A model generated the notes under the pieces. It made no database searches and had not been told where the DNA came from. It saw only the letters and a program-made list of their open reading frames with translations. A DNA stretch of 64,000 nucleotides from Bispira polyomma. Its lineage: Eukaryota. The stretch is from contig OZ287756.1 in the NCBI GenBank assembly GCA_965649765.1, forward strand, positions 64,666,001-64,730,000, written 5' to 3'. Positions 53,754 through 64,000 of this stretch are shown here, piece by piece. The translations under genes and the position numbers were made by a program. How positions within the stretch are numbered: the stretch's first letter is position 1; the number at the start of each line of letters is the position of its first letter.

Positions 53754-54429
53754 ACAATAGTGTGTTACTATTTCAGTAATTAAAATGACCAAAGGCAAGA
53801 ACCTAAAAATACTGGAGAAGAACATAAAAGGTCTGCAGGAAAACTTGGAGTGTATACATTTGTTAGGGCGCCACAATTCCCACTCTAAAAGTTAAGTTAA
53901 TTCATGTTTTCTTCACCATTCTACTCCTTGTCCATTTGAAAATGCAATGGGTTTGTTTCTTAAAGTCCATCCATCAACAAGAATCTCATGTAAAGAGGTC
54001 CAGTAGTTTGTGTGTAATCCTGGTGACCAACAAACCAACAGACACAAAACAAAAAAACAGTCAAAAACCTACAATCTTCCTGACAGTGTAACTATAGAAA
54101 CCTAAAAGCAAACACAAATAGAATGAGATAGTTTGTTGGAGGTCTGCTCATTTCCTTCATAGCTTGTTATTTATCCTTTGCAATCATTTGTCACAGCTTG
54201 AAACTGTGAGTGTTACAAATTACCGTGTAAATTACAAGGGAAAAGAAAACTAGCTACTGAGATTAATATATATATATATATATATATATTCATAAATACT
54301 GTCAAATTTGGGGGGAGAAATATATTAGTCTGTGTCATCAAATCTCCAGGAAGCATCTCCTTGTGGGTAATCTGTAGTATGTGTGAGAGGTAGAGGTTTA
54401 AAAGGATCACACATTCATTTATACCTACA

Positions 54430-54560
54430 CAACATAACATCTATTATCCAATCCTGTTGGGAGAGCAATATTTCGTTTGGATAATAGAATGTTGGTAAAA
54501 TAGAAGAGGCAATGGATATTCGGATTATAGTAGTTTGAATAATAGATGTTATACTATGTA
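54430..54560. mobile_element. Short pogo/Tigger-like MITE (relative at 43247-43356)
   Basis: taacatctattatccaa and ttgaataatagatgtta inverted ends; shared ggagagcaa..gtttggataat. Confidence 0.5.
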
Positions 54561-54794
54561 AAAAATTGGCCATTTGTTTGATACAATATACAATGAATAA
54601 TCTACAAAAAGGTAACACACATCAAGCCAATTTTATTCACAAACTAAGTTGATAATACAAAATAAGTCTTCAAATGGAATATTAGCGAAAATTAACATTT
54701 ATTATTATGCAGTAAAAAATAGCAACTAAATGAAATTTTCCAGTTATAATATATTCAAAATTCTGGCCCCCTGAAACCAATGTACTCCAATGAA

Positions 54795-55577
54795 TCACCT
54801 GCAGTGATCGGCCGATTATGAGCCATGACCGGAAATCCCTAAAATCAACAAAAATTCTCCCGACCATCCGGCGGTCACCCGAGTGGCTTTAGGGACCCAG
54901 CAATTTAACCGCAATAACCGGGGCTCCAGGGGGTCCCTCCTCCCTAATCATAAAGATCAATCTGGGTGACCTCCCTGATCGTAAAGATCAGTCTGGGTGA
55001 CCTTTGTGATCGTAAAGATCAGTCTGGGTGACACACTATTTGACTGATCCATCTGTTTGTCTAAGGGTTTGGGTATAAAAGGTCTTTTTTTCCCATGTTC
55101 CAGACAGTTGAATTTGTTTTCCCAAAGAGCAATCTTTACAATACGGGTGTCACCCCAGTTGATCTTAACAATCGTGGAAGCTACACCAGTTTATCTTAAC
55201 AATCGAGAAAGCCACCCAGGTTGATCTTAAAAATCGCGGAAGCCAACCCAGTTGATTTTTACAACAATGAGAATGCCATTTTGTTGTTTTTGGGGGATAG
55301 GAGGGGAAATACACCCACATCAACCGGGGTGGCATTAGGGTTACTCTGGGCTACTCCCGATTATCCGGGCCAAGACTGGGGTAAAATCTCTAATTGATCC
55401 ATTTTCTGAACATGTTTACCAACTTCAAGATCGTGATGTTTGATCTCCGGATCAAAACGATTACCAACCTGACGGTCCAGATAATCGTGATCGATCTTGA
55501 AGGCTACAGGATTACGTCCGGAGTGCCCAAAATCGGGGCTGCTCCAGATCTATCTTTGACAGTGGATTAAGGGTTAC
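54795..55577. mobile_element. GC-richer fold-back element with inverted 31-bp arrays
   Basis: 3 x taaagatca.tctgggtgac (54951, 54982, 55013) facing ~4 reverse-complement units (55150-55265). Confidence 0.55.
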
Positions 55578-56214
55578 TTCATAGAAGACATACTCATTTT
55601 AAGTTCATTCAATTGACTTATGATAATTACTGAATATGAGCCGAATAGATCAAACTTCAGAAAGCACTTACCTTAAATCATTATGAGATATGGGGGAAAA
55701 AGGATTTCTGCCAGCAAGAAAAGGGAACAATTGATAAATGAGCCAGAATGATGTTACCATAAATAACAATGTAATAAATAGCACTACTCAACCAGAACGT
55801 GGTTGGAAATGTGTATGGCTGTTTGACAGTGTATATGTGTGGTTCCGTGTATGTGTGTATACATAGGCTGAAGTGATGAGTACTTACAGTTGTTGAAAAA
55901 AACAGTCTGACTGGTAAATAAACAAACCTGATTCCCAACTACAGAGCACTTAAAATTCAACAACATATGGTAATGACGAATTGTTATATGTTTTACTATG
56001 CACAAGAAGTGGTTGTTTTTGCTGCAGCAGTAACATTTTCTTCATAATTTTCAGCTTGTTACAAAAGTAAAAAATCAATAATGCAGAGAATAATGTAGCC
56101 CATTCAATGAACATCTTTATAAATTCGAGGACTACATCGAAATTAAAATTTATTCCCCACTTTAAGTCACCCACCTTGGACCATATTCTCCAAAGAAATT
56201 GTTTTGTATTTTGC

Positions 56215-56595
56215 ATGTCAACCCGCATTATTGATAAAAGGCATCTTCTAATGAGTATCAACAGAATCAATTAACCAAATGAAGCCCCCCCTAAACATTG
56301 CCAGATCATAAAGAAGAATTTGGGGGTGTACAGGGAGGAAACTAAAAGGGGGGGGGGGTGAGTTTGAAGAGATACATTTTAAGTTTCTTGTTAAACCCAG
56401 AAAGAGTCCAACTGGCAGACACTTCCATAACACAGGGAGCAGCGATTAAGAAGGCTGTAGGTCCAGCTCTCTTGAGGTTACTGAAGAAAATGCGAGTAGT
56501 AAAGTAGGGGGTTTCAGAAAGACAACTGTTTTGAAAGTGGTGACATGGATTTTAGACATCATTCGCTAATAAATTGGAAGCCAATGTAAATCATA
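56215..56595 (-). mobile_element. L2-like LINE 3' fragment
   Basis: LHWLPI..KIHVTTFK..GPTAFLIAAP..TLSGFNKKLKMYLF; gatgcc....atcaataa tail. Confidence 0.7.
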
Positions 56596-58799
56596 ATAGT
56601 CGTTCATATGAGTTTTTAGTAATTAAGTCAAATATTCAGTCAGATTTTAATTAACTTCACTCAAGCCAGAGATATGGATGCCTTACATTTTGTTTTAGTG
56701 TAAGTGTGAAACGAGCTTGAAAGTTTTAAGACGATATGGCCACTGGAATCAGATGCCACCTATTATCGCCCACTGTTGTTATTCCAGTCACGTGCGTGTA
56801 ATTGAAGTACCACGTGGCCCGTGCAATGAGCCACACACTCTGTACAAATATATAGAGACATATATATGTTGTGGTAAACAACACACTTCCTGTGTTATAT
56901 ACATACTACACTGATCAGATGATTTCAACCTCTCCCTTAATGAACTGTGTGATTACTTTACCTTGGGACGTCTTGACCCCTTAACCCTGGGGATTAGCCT
57001 GAAGGTTGGAATCTGTTCTTGTAATTTACAGCAGTAACAATTATCTGTATAGAAAATATGTATGTACTTTGTGTGTTTCCGAGACTTTATCAGAGATACA
57101 CTCAAACAAGAATTGTCTTTTTAAAAAAAGACACTGGTGAACACAGTGTGAAATACACTATCGTTGATATGACCACTATATATATTGAATTAAATCTGAC
57201 ACAATTCAATTTGGATGGGTAGATTGCTCTCAACCAATTCATGAAGGCGTTACATAGTATTTATAAGACAGTGACACACTTTTCAATGGCGGCACCCTTT
57301 TTCGAATAAAAACAAATCTTACTGCGCCTGATAAAAACCAACAAGCAGCTTTGTTTTTGGAGTTTCATTTGAGTTTTACTGATGCAGTGGAAACTGTAGT
57401 ATTATGTAAGAATGGTATGTATTTTACTCTCTAAACCGAACCAATGTGACAAAGTACCCCACATGAGTGCAGGCCGTGGAACTTAAACCAATATCCTTAA
57501 AAAGTAAGATATGGGTGATTGTAAAGTCAAGTAATTTCCCATCTGTCCTCTGCCCCTCTGTCCTCTGTGCCTCTGTCCTCTGTCCCACATGTATGCATAT
57601 GGTACCGAGAAGGGTATTTGTTTTATTCCATGCCTCTGACACAGTGTCACAGTGAAAAATCACAACATTTTTTTAAAAACATTTCAGGGTCTATATCTCA
57701 ATCAACCAAATACTTCAAATAGAATATTCATAAATCATACAGAGACAGTACAAGGAAGTCATGACTCATAATTTAAATTTAGAGTCAAAACGAATTACTT
57801 GTCATCATAGTGAAGACAATTTCACCACAATAAAATGTGATGTAGTCATAAATGACTAATTCAGCGAAGCTATTTTTACGCTGATAACAATTTACTCTGG
57901 TGACAACAAATTTTGAAAAAAAAAAGGTTATTAAAACTAAACTAAACATTAGGTAGGCTACATATAGCATCACTCTCTACTAAAAAGCACCCTCCTCCCC
58001 TTCCTCTTCTACTTCTACCTTTAAACAGTCCCTGACTGAGGTAGACACCCATATATCAGTAACCATGTAACATCTGGGCCTGTATTCTCCATACAAAACT
58101 CAAGCTCGAATTCAGGACTCAGATGAAGGCTCTGTGTGAAAATCCTAGTGTACATGAACCTATACCTGTGACCATTCATTTTAAACAAATTGTCAGTGCT
58201 AAATCTAAATATGCAGTCAGATTTGAATTATCTTCACTCTAGCTAGAGATGTGACTTTAGACTTTTGAGCTTGTGTCTGAGTTTGAGATTGACATACTAG
58301 TACAGAATAGATGCCACTAGTGCACACAGTGGGTGTGTAACCCACATACAGTGATATTTAACACATGCCTCGGCTGATGTGTTACTGACAGAAATGACTA
58401 GACTTGTCCTCCCCCTCCCACCCCACCCCCCCACCCCCCCCCCACCCCACACACACACACATACAGATACACACACCCAGTAGTGTAATAGCAGACATAC
58501 ACAGAACACCACTTAAAGCTACTTAGGTTTCTGTATGCCTGAGCTTGCTAGACTGTGTGCTGCAAATGTGAGGAGGAGACTCATCTATACTATACAGGTA
58601 TAGTGCAAATGGAAATAATTGACTAATAGCAAATGTGCTTCATTCCTTAAAGTAAACTCTAGCAGAGTGTACAATGCAAATGTAATTTTCTATGGGAAAA
58701 AGGAAATCACATAGCACTTACCAGTAATATATTCAGCAGAAATTAAGATGTAGCCATGATAAGTTGTTGTATTATTGGGGGAATTTATGTATTTTGTTT

Positions 58800-58990
58800 A
58801 AAATTCATGTCACCACTTTTATCTTTTCAACAGGCCTTCCTACTGTATTCTTCTTTTCTTCAGTAACCTTAAGAGGAGAAAGAGACTTTCCGTTTCACCA
58901 AGAAGACGGGATTTAGAGCTTTCTCACTCACTGCCCCTATGTTATGGAATAGTCTCCCAGTTGACCTTAGATCACTAGGAACAATAGGTA
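58800..58990 (+). mobile_element. L2-like LINE ORF2 fragment
   Basis: GFRAFSLTAPMLWNSLPVDLRSL; similar to 41550-41690 in reverse. Confidence 0.7.
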
Positions 58991-60877
58991 TAAAAAACCT
59001 CTTCAATCCTAACCAAGATTTGCAGTTTACAAACCATGACTGAAATGTCCGCAGGTAGTCTTTTATTGACTAAATTGCTGAGAAATCGCTTGGTGATAGT
59101 GACAGTAACTACTCGCACAAAGTACAATAACCAGTCTTGTTGTCAGTATTCGCAGATTGGTCTTACGATGACCTTAAGACCAGCCGTACAATAATAGGCA
59201 ACCAAAATCACTTTGTGACTGCCACTAAGAATTATGGTAAGACCTGAATCTTCGGTATCATGGGGCTAGGACTTTAATAAAGCTCTTGTTCTCAAAGTAA
59301 GAGGTACACCAATAACTTGACATTGATTACTAACTCTTACGGGTAACTTTCAAGTTCACATCTTTCCGCAATGATGTTATACACCATTGACCCTATTGTC
59401 GCAATACCAGGAACCACCTTGTTACCATCACAACTTTCTAACCACTAGGCCATGGTAAGACATGATCTGTGGGATGAAGCATATCTGGACCATAAAATGA
59501 ATTTGTGATCAGTGTGACAACAAGACCCCACAGTCCAATAAATTAAACAATAACTCTAGGATCTGCATTGCTATGGGATTCTCTTGTGGTCAATATCCCA
59601 TTCCTCCATTAAATTCTATGATAATATTGAAGCAGAATAGGAAGAATGTAATGGTTAGAAGTGGCTGCTTTGCAATTACTGTTTTTTTACAAAAGTTCGA
59701 AACATGTTTGTTTCTTCATGTGGAAAACGTTATCATATGTCGGTGGATTACAGTGCTTTAGCACTGGTTTTCTTCCCCATTTAATCTGTCCGCCAAGATA
59801 CGACTTAACTAAATTGGAAGAAGAGCAGATCCATAATTTTTGACACTGTCCAACCCTGGCAGTGATATGTGTGGTTTACCGAATACACTTCTAGGGTTAT
59901 CAGCATTGTATTTCATTTAGTACATGGACGGCACATTGTATGGTTCTTTCTTCATTTGACTATTTTTATGACAAAGTGCCAAGAATTGATGACAAATGGA
60001 AGCAACTTACACAACCCAGATTCCCTGAGATGGTTTATGTCACTAAAAACCTTTGAGTAATCTCAGTAGAATGATGAGGGTTACAATGGGTTAATTTAGC
60101 AATAGTCACTGGGGCTGTATATCATAAGTGCAGCTTATTGAGTTAGTGTCTGCTTTAATCATCTTGGACAGGTGTGTGTCAGAGGACAGCAGATATCGGG
60201 TTATTACATTAGGTGTAGGAGCAGTTATCAATTGCCTTTGGAAAACCGTTTTCTTTTAATACAGTCTTCAACATATTTGCTTTGGGTTTTTTTTCAACGT
60301 ATCTTCCGGCAACAGACTTGAATTGGAAATAGATAATGTGAAAAACGTGTTTGCAGAAATTTAGGCCTTTAAAAAGGACCTTATGTTATTTTTTGGGTCA
60401 ATATCTATTGGTTGGTTTCGTTGATTATTACCGGGATCAAACAGAAGCTGTTGAAATGATTTCATGGGTCACTGCAGATATGCATGACGGTTGAGTCGCA
60501 CATTCTGGGGCATATAGTTTATAGTAACTCTGTATCATATTTTGAATAAAACAAGTAAACATCAGAAAAAATAGAAACCAGCCATATTGCTTTGCAGTTT
60601 TACATAATCTTGTTTACTATTAAGTTTGAGGTTATTCACAATATTAATTTTTGTATATTTTTGTGCATGGATCAAATCAAGAAGAAACAGGCTAAATTTG
60701 AAGAGTTTTACTGTTATAAATATATGTCCAAGCATGGAAGCCCAATGGGAACATGATGCAACAGATACTCATTCAATGTATTCTCTACGGTGACTGATAT
60801 GAGATTAGGTAGGAGGGGTGAGACATGGGGTAAAGGCAAAATCCATTGAAGTTGGGGAGAGGATCCAAATAGTTAGA

Positions 60878-61037
60878 TGTGGGAAAGGTGGTAGTTCCTT
60901 AGTGTGGGCCGCTGGTTTCAGTGCAGAACCTTGACCGACTGTATGCAGTGTTTCCTCCAGCGTTTCCAACTACCCGTCCCAATATAACCTACTAAAAGGT
61001 ACTAGAGTGGACGTTAAATATCCAAATTCAAATTCAA
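60878..61037 (+). mobile_element. 5'-truncated SINE (family of 1221/30582)
   Basis: Near-identical 3' body; perfect 15-bp TSD atccaaatagttaga at 60863-60877 and 61038-61052. Confidence 0.9.
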
Positions 61038-63416
61038 ATCCAAATAGTTAGAGTATTTAGAAATGTTTTCTTTTTTAAATTTGTTGTCACTGTGGCGTTA
61101 GTATGCATTCCACAGAGTGCTCTTCTAGTATTTAATGGCTGAACACCAACACTCTAAAAATATTATAGAAGCACAGGCTTAAGCATATATACATGTGTGT
61201 GTTGATCTTCTTAAGATATCACATTTTCATATGTCATAGAAATATATCTATCACTTGTATTATTTTTATAAATTTTACAAATACACCATTTTAAATAGTG
61301 ATGCTGTCTCAGTGAGTACCACAAATGTCTAAACTTAACAAATGATACCATTTTTTTCAGTAAATTCAAAAAATTACTATCCCCTAAGGTCCATACTAAA
61401 AACCAAAACTCCCAAAGGCCTGCCTCCCGGAAACTCTCATCTACACCACAATTGTTACAGAACATCAGCAGTAATTCAATATATTTCTACAAAGGAACTT
61501 GTCTGCCTTCACTTCCCTATGGTTTATCAGCATACTGTAAAGCACCCAATTATAGCACCCCGAAAAAATCATTCTAAGTGAAAGCAAAATGTCATTTATT
61601 AAACAGAAAAAGACAATTGATACATATTTGTTGGTTGTCTTTGAACTAAAAATATTACATTCATTTATAAAAAAATAATTTGACTAAATAACATTTTAAC
61701 AAAGTTTTTGGAAGCAACCAGTAGAAATTTATGTTAGAACTTTAACAGGTTTTTTTTTTTACTGTAAGCTGTTATTCTTAGGCAAGGTGTTGACACCTAA
61801 AGAACAAACAGGTCAGGGTGTATCTATATACATTACTCAAACTAACTTAAAAATGTCATGTTGATACCTCAAAAACCTGTGTTTTTATTTCGACAAAAAG
61901 TCCTACTTAACTGCAAGACTTATTATCTCTGACTAGAGAACATATACATCAAATCTGACTGTATATTTGATTTCAGCATTGGAAGGTCTATTAAAACGAA
62001 TGGTCACAAGTGCAGGTTTTTTACCTCGACAGAAACTTCCGCACAGCCTTCATCTAAGTGGAGTCTGACTTTAACCCATTTTGGGGAAAGTTATGGCTGC
62101 CAGCATTATAACTTTTAAGTTCTGCCTGTGCATCAAGGTCTAAAAGACCAGCCATAGTTATTTTGTGTTGGTAGTTTAGTCATGGCCATATGTATATTAT
62201 ACATACGTATCTTTATAGACCAAAGATTATACATGATATTATAATTCATATGGTGTATCACTTACATGACAATAAATTAGTATTATAAGCTTATAATTGT
62301 AATTCTATTTTGGGATTTATATGAAAAAAAATATTTTACATTAAGCTCATAAAGATTGCTTCATTTTTTGGTATTCACTCACTTTCGGCTAAAGTTGATT
62401 TAGGTAATAAAGCCATTTCAAGCCCCTTATATGTAGCTGACTGTGCCCAGTAGCACTTCTAGCAGAGAAAACAGAGGAACAAAAGAAGTCATAACAAAGT
62501 TATTACAATGGCATTTGTTTTTATTACTGACTCATCCATAATGACTGCAAGTCATCTCATCAAATTGTGGACCTTGAGGGGGAACTTTTCTCTTCTTTTT
62601 TTCTTGCAAAAGTTTAAATGGGGTGATGTAAGAATGAAATCACAGTTTTTTCTTAAAATAAGTGAAATGTCCACCCAATCCCCAAAAATGAAAACTTTTA
62701 TGAGTGGAGAAACTAAAAGTGAATGTCAATAGGTATCTTTTTACACATATACATCTTCAGAATACACTTGTTGTCCTTGGTATGTAGAAGTAAAGGAAGG
62801 GAAGACCAAGAAGACATTGCAGCAGATCAAAGCTCGATAATAAAAGGTCATTGTCACATGACGTCAAATGCCTTTGTTTGTGTTTATTGAAAAAGTCAAA
62901 GCAGTGTCCTCAACTATATGGATAAATATATATATGTATGTATATACACTTTACAGCACCGATAATGATGACACAGACATATTTGCTCTGTCTCTTTCAT
63001 AACCCCACCTTAATGTTGTTCTTGGAAAAAAATATCTATGATTAAAGGTTAATTTTTAAAAGTTAATATTTTTCAACAACACACAAAGGAAATCTGATAA
63101 ATATTTCTTAAATATTCGTTTATGTTTTCAAGATATAAAAAATACAATTGTTACCTTATCTAAGCAGCAGACTTGCAAGTACTTAACCTCCTTAACAAGA
63201 ATACTCGAAGGCACAAAAGTTTAAGTTTATTTGGGTTTCCGTATGGTGGAAAATTGTCAGGACAATAAGGGTGAACTAGGATAAATAACATTTTTCAGCA
63301 AACAGTTATTAAGTGTGCCCCTAAACGAATTAAAGAAAAAGAGTTCCACAATATGGTATGGGAGCATCATGTGAGAAGCTGCAACTGAAATGTGATGTTC
63401 AAATGGTGGATGTACA

Positions 63417-64000
63417 AGATGTCTTCATGATGTAAAAGGGTGGATGTGAACTAGTAAACTCAAATTGAATCCCGACAAGACTGATTTTATACTCTTTGGC
63501 TCAAAAAGACAGAGGGAGAAGTTGAAAGCCTGTTTCCTAATTGACATCCTGAGTAGTCCCGTCTTCCCAGCTGATTTAGTCAAGAACCTGGGCGTGGGGT
63601 TCGACTCTGATTTTTCTTTTTCTAAACACGTTTGGAGTGTCTGCAAAAGTTGTTTTTTGCAACTCTGGGACTTCAGACGTGTCAGGCGATTTCTCACTCA
63701 TGAGGCTTTTATACTTGTGGCCAATGCTTTTGTCAGTAATCGATTGGATTACTGTTATTTACTTTTCAGGAGTCTCTCCAAGTTCAATCTATGCAAATTA
63801 CAATGTATTCAAAATAGTGCAGCAAGAATTGTGTCAAGCACAAATCGATACACCACTCCTGTTCTTGAGAAATTGCATTGGCTTCCTGTTGAACAGCGCT
63901 CACTGTTTAAAACAATCACACTTGTTTATAAGTTTCTTCACACTGGGTATCCCAAGTATTTTGTCCCATATCTTTCCTCTGACAGCAGTTCTTACAATAC
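63417..64000 (+). mobile_element. 5'-truncated L2/CR1-clade LINE ORF2, open to the window end
   Basis: KLKLNPDKTDFILFG..VKNLGVGFDSDFSF..HV..VCKSCF..SNRLDYC..KLQCIQNSAARIV..TPVLEKLHWLPV; no stop from ~63450 to 64000. Confidence 0.92.

Overview
AT-rich animal genomic DNA, probably a mollusc or other lophotrochozoan (inferred from the SINE and transposon types). I found no intact host gene, prokaryotic operon, CRISPR array or rRNA. The left ~25 kb is a hidden array of about 6 decayed, apparently intronless paralogous segments. By manual multi-frame translation these carry LRR-like motifs, an 'SSCE' hinge and a TM7 'SLNPILY' motif, so they are probably LRR-containing GPCR (LGR/GRL101-like) pseudogenes that the ORF track misses. 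The array is riddled with insertions: a tRNA-derived SINE (13-bp TSD) that contains a Gmr1-type Ty3/gypsy LTR element (5-bp TSD, integrase before RT, RT deleted in frame), a TTAA MITE, a Ginger2-like transposon with an L2 fragment in one TIR, and a degenerate tyrosine-recombinase (DIRS-order) retroelement. The right ~39 kb looks intergenic or intronic: SINEs, MITEs, L2/CR1 3' fragments, a 41-bp satellite with a 246-bp higher-order repeat, a fold-back element, and a possible non-coding first exon ending at a GTGAGT donor at 32902. All calls are by eye, and boundaries of degenerate features are approximate.
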